NCBI GenBank assembly: GCA_045113775.1 | Contig: JBGUJH010000018.1 | Location: 6,034-70,033, forward strand | From: Lachnospiraceae bacterium | Lineage (GTDB): Bacteria; Bacillota; Clostridia; Lachnospirales; Lachnospiraceae | Reading direction: 5' to 3' | Length of the DNA: 64,000 nucleotides | Shown here: piece by piece, positions 38,964 to 49,125 of the stretch | Layout of the letters: every line of letters begins with the position of its first letter | Numbering within the stretch: the first letter of the stretch is position 1 | The notes under the pieces: generated by a model | Databases searched by the model: none | Seen by the model: the letters and a program-made list of their open reading frames with translations, nothing else | Told to the model about the DNA's origin: nothing | Program-made: the position numbers and the translations under genes

Positions 38964-40034
38964 ATGAAAGACATCGGAATTGCGATCATCGGACATGGAT
39001 TCATGGGTCATGAGCACGAGAAAATGCTTCTGAACTTCCCCGGAATCAAACTGATCGGCTTCGCGGACATCGATCCCAAGCAGCTCGAGGACGTAACAGA
39101 AGGACTCAAGAGATATGCCAGCAACGAAGAGCTGATGGCGGATCCCGAAGTCGATGTAGTCCTGATCGCCGCAAACAACAGATTCCACAAGGAACTGGTC
39201 ATCCAGGCTGCGAATGCGAAGAAAGACATCATCTGCGAGAAGCCCATCGCTATGAGCCTCGAGGAGCTCGATGAGATGGAAGCAGCTGTCAAGGCCAACG
39301 GCGTTAAGTTCACCGTTCACCATCAGCGCCGTTTCGACCCCGACTTCCGCACAGCGAAGGCTGTCTATGATTCCGGCACACTGGGCGATATCTATTGCGT
39401 CAAGAGCATGCTCTACGGCTTTAACGGCAACATGCACGACTGGCACGTCTTCGTAAGCGAAGGCGGCGGAATGCTCTATGACTGGGGCGTACACCTTCTG
39501 GACCAGTTCTGCTGGATGTTCCCCGGCGCTAAGCTTAAATCCGTATTTGCCGACATCAGAAACGTAATCAACAAGGAAGTCGACGACTACTTCCAGATCA
39601 TGATGCGCTTTGACAACGGCGTGACAGCAACTCTGGAGCTCGGTACTTATTTCCTTACCGACAAGATGCACGACAAGTGGTTCGAGCGCCACTGGTTCCT
39701 CGGCGGCAACAAAGGCAGCGCCTATGTTGACGGATTCGGACCGGAAGGCAAAATAGTCCGTACGGCCGGCCTTTTGCAGAATGTCGGCGGCAAGCGCACC
39801 ATGACAGCTGCAGGCCCCACAAGATCCTTCGGACCGCCGCCGGAAGGCAAGATCCTCACAGAAGAGCTTCCTAAGGTCGACACCAATCACAGAAATTATT
39901 TCGAGAACTATGTCAAGGCATGGCACGGCGAAGAGGAATTCCTGGTCAAGATCCCGGAGACACGCCGTGTACTGCGCCTGATGGATGCGGTCAGAGAGTC
40001 CGGACGGACCGGAAAGTCCATTGATTTTGAATAA
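38964..40034 (+). CDS. Gfo/Idh/MocA oxidoreductase (candidate glycoside 3-dehydrogenase)
   Basis: IIGHGFMG Rossmann, ICEKP, HHQRRFD, GGGMLYDWGVH. Confidence 0.85.
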   Translation: MKDIGIAIIGHGFMGHEHEKMLLNFPGIKLIGFADIDPKQLEDVTEGLKRYASNEELMADPEVDVVLIAANNRFHKELVIQAANAKKDIICEKPIAMSLEELDEMEAAVKANGVKFTVHHQRRFDPDFRTAKAVYDSGTLGDIYCVKSMLYGFNGNMHDWHVFVSEGGGMLYDWGVHLLDQFCWMFPGAKLKSVFADIRNVINKEVDDYFQIMMRFDNGVTATLELGTYFLTDKMHDKWFERHWFLGGNKGSAYVDGFGPEGKIVRTAGLLQNVGGKRTMTAAGPTRSFGPPPEGKILTEELPKVDTNHRNYFENYVKAWHGEEEFLVKIPETRRVLRLMDAVRESGRTGKSIDFE

Positions 40035-40124
40035 ATTGATCTCTTAACAGATCCCGGTTCCGGCGCGCAGCGCGGTAGCCGGGATCCTTTCATTTTGGGC
40101 AGACAGTAAGATCGGAGGGAAGAC

Positions 40125-41159
40125 ATGCAACAGGAGATAATTACTATATCCGAAGAGAGAAACGTGACATTAACTGCGATGATCCAGGACGTCGGAGGGG
40201 AGTTCAGAGGAATTACGGCTCGCCCGGCGGTACTTGTGATCCCCGGCGGGGGCTACCTGTTCTGCTCAGACCGGGAGGCGGATCCCGTCGCTTTGGCATA
40301 CATGAAGGCGGGATACCACGCATTCATCCTGCGCTACTCAGTAGGGGAATACAGCGAGTGGCCCCAGCCTCTCGAGGACTATGAGCAGGCGATGGAATGC
40401 ATTCTGGAAAACGCTGACAAATGGCACGTGATAAAAGACAAGATTGCCGCGATCGGATTTTCAGCGGGTGGTCATCTCGCCGGGGCGGCCGCGACGATGA
40501 GCCGTCATCGCCCGGCAGCCGCGATCCTCGGGTATCCGGTCCTGAGGGAGGAGACAGCGCTGGAATTGGGAACAACCATGCCCGGAATCCCGGAACACGT
40601 GGATGAAAATACCTGCCCATGCTTTTTGTTTGGAACACGGACAGACAGCGTAGTGCCGGTTCAGAACATCATTGATATGATAAATGCTCTTAACCGCTTT
40701 CATACAACATTTGAGTGCCATATTTATGCATACGGTCCCCACGGATTTTCCATCGGCGATCATTCCGTGCAGAGCTGCGAGACTCTGATCCCGGCCCGCG
40801 CGTCCGGATGGGTGGAAGACAGCATCAGCTGGCTGAAGGATCTCTTCGGAGACTTTGGAAATGAAGGGCTCACAAGACCTGTACTCCGGGCGCATGTCAA
40901 TGACGACGCCATGGCGTGGCTGAGTCTGGATTGCAGTATTTCCAGGATCTTCGGGAATCCAATGGCCAAAGAAGTGCTCTCGGGAACGATACAGAAGATG
41001 CGCAGCAGGATCACACCCTTTGCTCCTGAGATGACATTTGAAGATATGATGCAGGCGCTGGGAAAGATGACACTCAGAGAGCTTTTGATCGAGAGAGGAA
41101 TTGATACTGATAAACTGGACGAGATGAATGAGGCGCTGGGGAAGATTCCCAATATCTGA
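40125..41159 (+). CDS. Alpha/beta hydrolase (acetyl/acyl esterase-like)
   Basis: PGGGY oxyanion, GFSAGGHLA nucleophile, D..VP, HGF. Confidence 0.85.
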   Translation: MQQEIITISEERNVTLTAMIQDVGGEFRGITARPAVLVIPGGGYLFCSDREADPVALAYMKAGYHAFILRYSVGEYSEWPQPLEDYEQAMECILENADKWHVIKDKIAAIGFSAGGHLAGAAATMSRHRPAAAILGYPVLREETALELGTTMPGIPEHVDENTCPCFLFGTRTDSVVPVQNIIDMINALNRFHTTFECHIYAYGPHGFSIGDHSVQSCETLIPARASGWVEDSISWLKDLFGDFGNEGLTRPVLRAHVNDDAMAWLSLDCSISRIFGNPMAKEVLSGTIQKMRSRITPFAPEMTFEDMMQALGKMTLRELLIERGIDTDKLDEMNEALGKIPNI

Positions 41160-41200
41160 TCGGCGATCAGAATTGCAGCAGAGAAATACCTGATGCCTTG

Positions 41201-41227
41201 TGCAACAAAATGAAGATGTTTATTGCA
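41201..41227. promoter_or_regulatory. Putative operator dyad
   Basis: TGCAAC-N15-ATTGCA upstream of isomerase/oxidoreductase pair. Confidence 0.6.
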
Positions 41228-41433
41228 CGAGTTTTAAACACGAGGTTTGATCCTGCAATAGATGTGGCGCAAACTAAAACCTCGGAAAAGAATGAAACAC
41301 TGGAAATAGATACTATATATACAGAAACAAAAAACAGTAAAAAACTGCAGCGGAGAAACAGTTGAACAGCATCGGTAAGGCACCCTCTGCTGCAGTGAAA
41401 AATCATAATAATGTAGAAAGGGAGGAACCCAAA

Positions 41434-42273
41434 ATGAGTAAGAAGCTTCCGGTTGGTATTCAGGTTTACGGCCTCAGAGATCTCCTTGAGAACACTCCGG
41501 AGAACTTTAAGAACGTAATGCAGCAGGTAAAGGACCTGGGCTATGACGGCGTTGAGCTGGCTGGTCTGTACGGCCTTACTCCTGAGTATGTCAAAGAAGT
41601 GCTGGATGAGATCGGCCTTATCCCGATCAGCGCACACGTAGCATTTGCAGAGATGATGGAAGATCTCGACACCATCATCGCAGATTACAAGAAGATCGGC
41701 GTTAAGTTCCTGGTAATGCCTTATATGGCAGAAGAGTATCGCCCGGTCAATCCGGAAGGCTTCAAGAAGTTCCTTCCCATGCTGAACGAAGTAGGCAAGA
41801 AGATCCACGACGCAGGCATGACTTTCCTGTATCACAACCACGATTTCGAGTTCGTCAAGATGGCAGACGGCCAGTGGGGATATGACGTAATGTTTGACTC
41901 CATCCCTCACGACAACCTGATGCCCGAGCTTGATACCTGCTGGTGCGATGTCGCTACAGGCGACGCTCCCGGCTTTATCCGCAAGTACACAGACCGCATC
42001 CCTGTTGTTCACCTCAAGGACTACATCAAGAAGGGTGAAGTCAAGAACATGTACAAGCTGATCGGTATTGAGGAAGAGGAGTCCGAGGGCGATACAGGCT
42101 ACTTCGGTTTCCGTCCCGTCGGATTCGGCCAGATGATCTGGGAGCCCGTTCTCGAGGCAAGCCTGGATGCGAACGCACAGTGGGTCATCGTAGAGCAGGA
42201 TGAGCACTACGAGCTGGAGCCCCTGGAGTGCGCAAGAAGAAGCCGCGAGTATCTTAAGATCCTCGGCTGGTAA
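41434..42273 (+). CDS. Sugar-phosphate isomerase/epimerase (xylose-isomerase-like TIM barrel)
   Basis: GYDGVELAG, YHNHDFEF, ELDTCW, VHLKD, VEQD; start at ATG after gggagg. Confidence 0.85.
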   Translation: MSKKLPVGIQVYGLRDLLENTPENFKNVMQQVKDLGYDGVELAGLYGLTPEYVKEVLDEIGLIPISAHVAFAEMMEDLDTIIADYKKIGVKFLVMPYMAEEYRPVNPEGFKKFLPMLNEVGKKIHDAGMTFLYHNHDFEFVKMADGQWGYDVMFDSIPHDNLMPELDTCWCDVATGDAPGFIRKYTDRIPVVHLKDYIKKGEVKNMYKLIGIEEEESEGDTGYFGFRPVGFGQMIWEPVLEASLDANAQWVIVEQDEHYELEPLECARRSREYLKILGW

Positions 42274-42417
42274 GGTAGAAATCGCTCACGACGAGGAGCG
42301 ATGCCACGACAGTGAGAAATTCAGGCGGAACGCATGAATTTCGAACCTGTCGGCATGGCGGATAAGAATCAAACAATATTTCGACACATTCAAAGATATT
42401 TCAGGAAAGGAACCATC

Positions 42418-43698
42418 ATGAAAGAACTCAGAATCGCCATCATCGGCTGCGGAATGATCTCCCACAGACACATGACCGTTATCGAGAACCTCAACAAGCG
42501 CGGACAGAACCTCAAGGTCGTCGCTGCTGCTGAGATCGACAAAGACAAACTCCTTGCATGGGGCAAGCAGTACGGCATCGCAGAAGAGAACCTGTATCAG
42601 GACTTCCGTGAAATGCTCAAGAGAGACGACATCGACGAAGTCGAGGTCTGCGTACACAACAACCTTCACACATCTGTTGCAACTGCAGTTATGGCAGCAG
42701 GCTTCCCTTGCTATTCCGAGAAGCCCATGGCAGCAAGCTATGCAGATGCCAAGATCCTTTATGACGCACAGAAGAAGTACGGCCAGAAGCTGGCGATCCA
42801 GATCAGCTCCATCTACAACCCCCAGACCCGTATTGCCAAGAAGATGATCGCTGAAGGCAAGCTCGGTGAGATCTATCACGTAAGAAGCGTAGGCCACAGA
42901 CGTCAGGGCCGTCCCGGCTATGATATGCCTTTCTTCAGCCGTGATTTCATCGACCCCAAGATCGGCGTTCACGGACCTCTGTTCGACCTCGGCATCTATC
43001 ACCTGGCTCAGATGCTCTATGTCCTGGGCATGCCCGAGCTGGAGAGCGTTTACGGCTTCCAGAGCTCCAGATATTGGACACATCCCGCTATTGACAAGAT
43101 CACAAACCGCACCGCTCCTGTTGAGGACCTCGGCGTAGGTATGGCTCGTTTCAAGGGCGACATCTGCATGGACATCTATGAAGACTGGGCGATCCATATG
43201 GAAGATATCGGCTGCAGCTTCATCGCAGGTTCCCTCGGAGGCCTGAAGTTCACAGACGTTGACCAGACCGGCGGCCCTATGGCTGTTCCGGAAGGCGGCC
43301 AGATCATGGGTGGCGGCGACCTTCAGAAGCCCAGACTGACTTACTACGGAATGAATGAAGACAACCAGCTCTTCACGACACAGCTTGACTGCGCTCTTAC
43401 AGATACCTATGGCCTGCAGGAATCCCTGATCCATCCCGAACTGGATCTGTACAACGACAACCAGCTTCAGTGGTACAGCTACGTTCGCGGCATCCTGACC
43501 GACGAGACCAGGATCGATTCCCCTTACATCGCAATGCAGACCGCACTGCTCTCCGAAGGTGTCGTTCTCTCCAACGAGCTCGGCCGCAGCGTAACTGTCG
43601 ACGAGATCAAGAAGATGGCTAAGTCCATCGCGATCCGCGACCAGGAGACTCCTTTCGGAACCATCCACTATGATTTCGACGAGTACAAGCCTGAATAA
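42418..43698 (+). CDS. Gfo/Idh/MocA oxidoreductase
   Basis: IIGCGMIS, SEKPMA, GPLFDLGIYH; start at ATG after aaagga. Confidence 0.85.
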   Translation: MKELRIAIIGCGMISHRHMTVIENLNKRGQNLKVVAAAEIDKDKLLAWGKQYGIAEENLYQDFREMLKRDDIDEVEVCVHNNLHTSVATAVMAAGFPCYSEKPMAASYADAKILYDAQKKYGQKLAIQISSIYNPQTRIAKKMIAEGKLGEIYHVRSVGHRRQGRPGYDMPFFSRDFIDPKIGVHGPLFDLGIYHLAQMLYVLGMPELESVYGFQSSRYWTHPAIDKITNRTAPVEDLGVGMARFKGDICMDIYEDWAIHMEDIGCSFIAGSLGGLKFTDVDQTGGPMAVPEGGQIMGGGDLQKPRLTYYGMNEDNQLFTTQLDCALTDTYGLQESLIHPELDLYNDNQLQWYSYVRGILTDETRIDSPYIAMQTALLSEGVVLSNELGRSVTVDEIKKMAKSIAIRDQETPFGTIHYDFDEYKPE

Positions 43699-43729
43699 AT
43701 CATTAAATACTCTCTAAATTATTCCCCCA

Positions 43730-43764
43730 GCGGCGGGTCAGATACATGGCGTCTGACCCGCCGC
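43730..43764 (+). terminator. Hairpin terminator
   Basis: gcggcgggtcaga...tctgacccgccgc. Confidence 0.6.
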
Positions 43765-43932
43765 ACTTTATGTGTTCTTTTGCAGCGGTAATGCGAATTG
43801 CAACAAATATAATAAAAAAAAGAACATATGGTGCGCAGCAGAGCGATTCAGGTATGTAAAATACAAGAGAAGAACTTTTTGACAGGACCAACCGTTGCAA
43901 CCGAAGCGAAGAATGAAAAAGGGAGGACAGAG

Positions 43933-45003
43933 GTGGATAACAACAAGAAACTTAGGATCGGTGTGATCGGCTGCGGAGCCATCTCTGTGAGAAGGCACCT
44001 GCCGGAATACGCAGAGAATGAAAATGTAGAGATCGCAGCGCTCTATAACCGCACGAGAAGCAAAGCCGAAGAGATGCAGAAAAAATACGGCGGCGTAGTC
44101 TGCGACAGCGTGGAGGAGATGGTCGCGATGGACATTGACGCAGTCAGTGTCTGCACGGCTAATGCCATGCATGCGCATGACACTATTTTGGCGCTGCGGG
44201 CGGGCAAGCATGTGCTCTGCGAAAAGCCCATGGACGTGACGATAGAAAAATGCACGGCCATGGTCGATGAGGCGCGAAAGGCCGGAAAGCTTCTGATGAT
44301 CGCGCAGAATCAGCGTTTTTCAGCGGCTCACAAAGAAGCGCACGACCTGATCGCGAAGGGAACGATAGGGAAGGTGTTGTCCTTTGAGACCAAGTTCGGG
44401 CATGCGGGACCGGAGCGATGGACGGGAACGGAGGACACCTGGTTTTTCAGAAAGAACGCGGCAGGCATGGGCGCATTGGCGGATCTGGGCATCCACAAGA
44501 CAGACCTTGTGCACTATCTGATCGGCGAGCCGATCACGCAGGTGTACGCGCATACCGCGACACTTGACAAACGGTATCCGGACGGAAACCTGATCGATGT
44601 GGAAGACAATGCCTGGTGCATCTATCGCACGGACAGCGGCATAACCGGCACGATGCACTCGAGCTGGACGGATTACGGCGTGGAGTACAATTCAACTGTG
44701 ATCCACGGGACCAAAGGTGCCATCCGCTGCTACGACGACAGGGAATACAGTCTGATCGTTGAGAGCAGTGACGGCAGACAGAACTTCCTGTCCACAGAGC
44801 AGATGATCAAGAATACGGACCAGACGATCGGAACCGGCAAGAGCTACAATTCCGGCGTTATCGATGAATTTGTGGAGTGTATTCTGACGGGGAAACCCTG
44901 CAGATGCACGGGAGAAGAAGCGCTGAAGTCCATGAGAGTGATCTTTGCGGCCATGGCTTCTTCACAGATCGGAAGGATGGTCACGGTGCCGGAGAACCGG
45001 TAA
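43933..45003 (+). CDS. Gfo/Idh/MocA oxidoreductase
   Basis: VIGCGAIS..RH, LCEKPM, NQRF, GALADLGIH; GTG start after gggagg. Confidence 0.85.
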   Translation: MDNNKKLRIGVIGCGAISVRRHLPEYAENENVEIAALYNRTRSKAEEMQKKYGGVVCDSVEEMVAMDIDAVSVCTANAMHAHDTILALRAGKHVLCEKPMDVTIEKCTAMVDEARKAGKLLMIAQNQRFSAAHKEAHDLIAKGTIGKVLSFETKFGHAGPERWTGTEDTWFFRKNAAGMGALADLGIHKTDLVHYLIGEPITQVYAHTATLDKRYPDGNLIDVEDNAWCIYRTDSGITGTMHSSWTDYGVEYNSTVIHGTKGAIRCYDDREYSLIVESSDGRQNFLSTEQMIKNTDQTIGTGKSYNSGVIDEFVECILTGKPCRCTGEEALKSMRVIFAAMASSQIGRMVTVPENR

Positions 45004-45038
45004 AAGTTAAGGCTCACTTCGCGAGCCTTGACCAATAA

Positions 45039-45065
45039 TGCAATAAAACACAGCCGTTTGTTGCA
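45039..45065. promoter_or_regulatory. Putative operator dyad
   Basis: TGCAAT-N15-GTTGCA upstream of ABC transporter. Confidence 0.65.
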
Positions 45066-45206
45066 ATCCCTGGGTATAAGCCCGAAGAGATTGCAACAGA
45101 CGGCCTTTTGTATGAATCAGCTGAAAAGAACAACCCGGACGGGGTTGGTAAAATTATTACAGTTCGAAAGAACAGAAACACTTTTTTACATAATATGGAG
45201 GTAGTT

Positions 45207-46376
45207 ATGAAAAAGAGAATTATGGCAGCAGTTCTCGCAGGCGTTATGGCACTGAGCCTTGCAGCCTGCGGCGGATCATCAAGCAGCTCTTCTGCTCCTG
45301 CTGAGGAGAAGACAGAGGAAGCAGCTCCCGCTGAAGGCCAGGAAGCAGAAGCTCCCGCTGAAGGCGAGGCACAGGCAGAAGCTCCCGCAGCGACCGGCGA
45401 GCAGACACACATCTATGTTCTGACAGCATCCGAGGATCACGGCTGGACAGGCTCCGTTGCAACATTTGCAAAGGCAAAGGTTGAGGAAGTCAACGCTGAG
45501 GGCGTTTACACAGCAGAGCTGATCACATCCGCAAGCGCGGCAGAGCAGATCACCACGATCGAAGACATCATCTCCAAGGGCGAGAAGAACATCGCGATCG
45601 TTGTCCAGCCTCTGGACGACACAGTGCAGTCCGCGATCCAGCAGATCGTTGACGCAGGCATCCCTTACGTGGCATTCGACCGCATCATCGCAGGTCTTGA
45701 GTCCACAGCAGTTTCCAACGTCAAGGGCGACAACGCAGGTATCGGCGCAGCAGCGGCAGCTTACTTTGTAGGCCTCGGCATGAAGCCCGGCGACAAAGTT
45801 TATGTCTATGAAGGTGACACATCTTCCGTTACAGCACTCAGAGACCAGGGCTTCGTTGATTACCTGAAGGGCGACGTTGAGTATGCCGGACAGAAGATCG
45901 CAGACGACGCTAAGTGGACAGATGACGACCTCAAGGCAGTCACATACTCCGGGGCTATGAACTGGAGCAGAAGCGACACCAAGTCTTCCTTCGAGTCCCT
46001 GATGGGCGACAGCGCGAACGCTGACATCAAGTGGTTCTACTCTGAAGACGACGAGCTGGGCATGGGCATCCTGGAAGCACTTGCAGGCGGCGGAATCGAT
46101 GACGCTACAAAGACTGCATTCCTCGGCAACAAGCCCGTGATCACAGGCTGCGGCGGCCTCGGCGAGTTCTATGATGTCCTCAAGGGCACAAACTATGCAG
46201 ACATCTCCGCACAGCTGGGCGGCATCATGAGCGTTACCTACAGCCCTTCCATGATCAAGACAGCCATCCAGGATATGGAAGACTATCTGGCAGGCAAGCA
46301 GGTCGAGCAGGATCACGTCATCGCATGCGAGATCGTAACAAGCGAGAATGTTGACAACTACGAGGCATTCAACTGA
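45207..46376 (+). CDS. Sugar ABC transporter substrate-binding lipoprotein (RbsB-like fold)
   Basis: Lipobox LAAC, acidic Ala/Pro linker, AGIPYVAFDR. Confidence 0.9.
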   Translation: MKKRIMAAVLAGVMALSLAACGGSSSSSSAPAEEKTEEAAPAEGQEAEAPAEGEAQAEAPAATGEQTHIYVLTASEDHGWTGSVATFAKAKVEEVNAEGVYTAELITSASAAEQITTIEDIISKGEKNIAIVVQPLDDTVQSAIQQIVDAGIPYVAFDRIIAGLESTAVSNVKGDNAGIGAAAAAYFVGLGMKPGDKVYVYEGDTSSVTALRDQGFVDYLKGDVEYAGQKIADDAKWTDDDLKAVTYSGAMNWSRSDTKSSFESLMGDSANADIKWFYSEDDELGMGILEALAGGGIDDATKTAFLGNKPVITGCGGLGEFYDVLKGTNYADISAQLGGIMSVTYSPSMIKTAIQDMEDYLAGKQVEQDHVIACEIVTSENVDNYEAFN

Positions 46377-46508
46377 TCGACAGCTGAGAACTTAATGGAA
46401 TGCTTAACAGATCACTGATTTGAACAGGCGTTCCGGTACTTAATGAGGGCGCGGTCCGGGTGAGCCCGGCCGCGCCCGATTATTCGTCAATGGGGGAAGG
46501 AGAGGCAC

Positions 46509-48023
46509 ATGAGTCTGCTGGAAATGAGAGACATACGGAAGTCGTTCAGCGGCGTCTCCGTTTTGAAAGGCGTACAGCTCACTGTAGAGAGCGGCGAAGT
46601 CCATGCCCTTCTGGGAGAGAACGGCGCGGGAAAATCTACGCTGATGAATATTTTGACCGGTGTCCTGCCAAGGGACGGCGGTACGATCGAATTTGACGGG
46701 CAGAAGCTCGAACACATCACGATCACGCAGTCCGAGAAGCTGGGGATCGCGTTCGTGCACCAGGAACTGAACCTGTTCAATGACCTCAAGGTCTTTGAGA
46801 ACATGTTCCTGAACCGGGAGTATACCAATAAAATGGGCATGCTGGACAAAAAGCGCATGCGCGCAGAGGCGAAGGAACTGTTCGAGAGACTGGGTGTGGA
46901 GATCGACCCGGACGCCGTAGTATCTGACCTCAAGACCAGCCAGAAGCAGCTGCTGGAGATCTGTAAGGCGCTGCACCTCAAGGCGAAACTGATCATCCTC
47001 GATGAGCCCACCACATCTCTCAACAACGAGGAAGTGGACCATCTCTTCGGGATCCTCAGAAAGCTCAAAGCAGAGGGAACATCCTTCATCTTCATCTCTC
47101 ACAAGATGCCGGAGATCTTCGCGCTGGCGGACCGCTACACGGTCTTCAGGAACGGCGAGTATATCGGCGAGGGAAAGATCAGTGAGACGACGCCCGAGAA
47201 AGTCACGATCATGATGGTCGGTGAGTCCTATTCCAACGCCGAAGTCTATGAAAAGAGACAGCTTGGTGAGGAGGTCCTGAAACTCGAAGGCTTCACAGGC
47301 GACGGTTTCCACGATATCAACCTTTCTGTGAAGAAGGGCGAGATCGTCGGCATGACAGGCCTGCAGGGCAGCGGCAGCAGTGAGATGCTGCAGGCGATCT
47401 TCGGGTCAACGAGAGCTACGGCCGGCACGGTGACCGCTTTCGGGAAGAGCGTTCCTCACAATTCCATTCACAGCGCCATGAAGGCGGGGATAGCCATGCT
47501 CCCCAATAACCGCAAGGAGAACAGTGTTTTGCCGGATATGTCCCTGATGGAGAACATGGCCATTTCAGAGCAGACACTTTCAGCGGCAAAGCTCCCGGTA
47601 GATGCCAGGAGAGATAAGAAGAGATACGACGAGTACAAGCAGATGCTGAACATCAAGGCGCAGAACAGCACGGACCTGATCACATCGCTGTCCGGCGGCA
47701 ATCAGCAGAAGATCTTTATTGCAAGATGGCTCAACACAGACGCGGAGATCCTGATCCTGGACAACCCTACCCAGGGTATCGACGTCGGCGCGAAAGCGGA
47801 GATCTACCGCCTGATCCTGGAACTTGCGAAGGCGGGCAAGACGATCCTCATCAATACGCTGGAGATCCCCGAGATCATGAAGGTCGCGGACAGGTGCATC
47901 GTCTTCTACGACGGCCGCATGATCAAGGAGCTCGCGCATGAAGAGATCAACGAACAGGATGTAATGCTTTACAGTGTCGGCATCACAGAGAAGGCCGCAG
48001 GAGAGGAAGGTACACAGTCATGA
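46509..48023 (+). CDS. Sugar ABC transporter ATP-binding protein (RbsA/MglA-type)
   Basis: GENGAGKST, ILDEPT, LSGGNQQK, PTQGIDVGAK. Confidence 0.95.
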   Translation: MSLLEMRDIRKSFSGVSVLKGVQLTVESGEVHALLGENGAGKSTLMNILTGVLPRDGGTIEFDGQKLEHITITQSEKLGIAFVHQELNLFNDLKVFENMFLNREYTNKMGMLDKKRMRAEAKELFERLGVEIDPDAVVSDLKTSQKQLLEICKALHLKAKLIILDEPTTSLNNEEVDHLFGILRKLKAEGTSFIFISHKMPEIFALADRYTVFRNGEYIGEGKISETTPEKVTIMMVGESYSNAEVYEKRQLGEEVLKLEGFTGDGFHDINLSVKKGEIVGMTGLQGSGSSEMLQAIFGSTRATAGTVTAFGKSVPHNSIHSAMKAGIAMLPNNRKENSVLPDMSLMENMAISEQTLSAAKLPVDARRDKKRYDEYKQMLNIKAQNSTDLITSLSGGNQQKIFIARWLNTDAEILILDNPTQGIDVGAKAEIYRLILELAKAGKTILINTLEIPEIMKVADRCIVFYDGRMIKELAHEEINEQDVMLYSVGITEKAAGEEGTQS

Positions 48024-49021
48024 AGAAATTTGGCAAAGTATGGTCGGAATACAGTTTCATTTTTGTATTGATCGCTATTTTTATCGTATACGCGATCACC
48101 AGCTCAGGGCTCACCTGGAGCGGCGTGATGAATATCTTCCGTCACAGTGCAGTCATCGGGACTGTGGCGCTGGGCATGGGCCTGATCTGCCTGACAGGTG
48201 AGATCGACCTCTCTGTTGGTTCCATGCTGGCACTTACGGCCGGATTTTCCGTAGTTGTATTCAACATCACGGGCAGCATCCTGCTGACACTCCTCTTTGC
48301 ACTCGGTTTCGGCGCAGTGTGCGGCTTCGTGAACGGCCTCCTGGTCGGCGGTGTGCAGATGCCAGCTTTCATCGTGACGCTGGCGACGATGCTGATCTAC
48401 CGCTCTTTTGCCCAGTACTTCTGCCAGCACCTGGATCGCGCGCTGATCGGCGGCGGCAGCAGTGTTTACAAGATGGATACCGCGAAGGCTGCTTATAAGG
48501 CTCTCTTCGGATTCGGCAACGGCAAAATAGCGACGATCCCCACAGTAGGTATCGTGATGCTCCTGATGACTGCGCTTTTCGTCTACCTGTCCGGATGGAC
48601 CAAGTACGGCAAGAAGATCTACGCGATCGGCTCCAACTTCAAGGCTGCCAAGATGAGCGGTATCAATGTGAGCATGATGAAGATCTCCGCCTTTACGATC
48701 TGCGGGATCCTGACCGGCCTGGGCGCTTTCCTCTGGATCGCCATGAACGGAAGCGCAGACCCGGCTACCACAGGCAGCAGCTATGAGATGTACGCAATCG
48801 CATCGGTCGTCCTGGGCGGCATCGCAATGAGCGGCGGACGCGGCAAAATGCTGGGCGTCCTGTTCGGTGCCATGTCCTACACCATCGTAGATAAGATCAT
48901 CGTGGCTCTGAAGATGGACTCCCTGATCAACAACGCGATCAAGGGAATCATCCTGATCCTGGTCATCCTCGTGCAGGTGGCAGGGCCTCAGATCAGGGAG
49001 AAGTTCAGAAAAGCAGCGTAA
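48020..49021 (+). CDS. Sugar ABC transporter permease (RbsC-type)
   Basis: GEIDLSVGS, PAFIVTLA, IASVVLGG..MSGG.G; ATGA overlap with ATPase. Confidence 0.92.
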   Translation: MKKFGKVWSEYSFIFVLIAIFIVYAITSSGLTWSGVMNIFRHSAVIGTVALGMGLICLTGEIDLSVGSMLALTAGFSVVVFNITGSILLTLLFALGFGAVCGFVNGLLVGGVQMPAFIVTLATMLIYRSFAQYFCQHLDRALIGGGSSVYKMDTAKAAYKALFGFGNGKIATIPTVGIVMLLMTALFVYLSGWTKYGKKIYAIGSNFKAAKMSGINVSMMKISAFTICGILTGLGAFLWIAMNGSADPATTGSSYEMYAIASVVLGGIAMSGGRGKMLGVLFGAMSYTIVDKIIVALKMDSLINNAIKGIILILVILVQVAGPQIREKFRKAA

Positions 49022-49045
49022 GATTTCATATAATACCCTATAGAC

Positions 49046-49091
49046 AACCGCACACGGAGAGGCGTTCTGCGCCGAGCCGTGTGCGGTTTTT
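49046..49091 (+). terminator. Intrinsic terminator
   Basis: aaccgcacacgg...ccgtgtgcggttttt. Confidence 0.7.
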
Positions 49092-49125
49092 ACATTTGAA
49101 AAAAAGAGCAAGGAGATAATTAATA

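Noticed and set aside
45290-45395. gctcccgctgaaggc repeats in the binding-protein gene, and Q/E repeats at about 55365-55460
   Set aside because: Ordinary low-complexity lipoprotein linkers.
31840-49111. Long antisense ORFs (31840..32925, 34446..36002, 36024..37448, 38922..39926, 42286..43668, 45279..46316, 48104..49111)
   Set aside because: They shadow well-supported plus-strand genes; strong codon bias suppresses antisense stops and no motifs are present.
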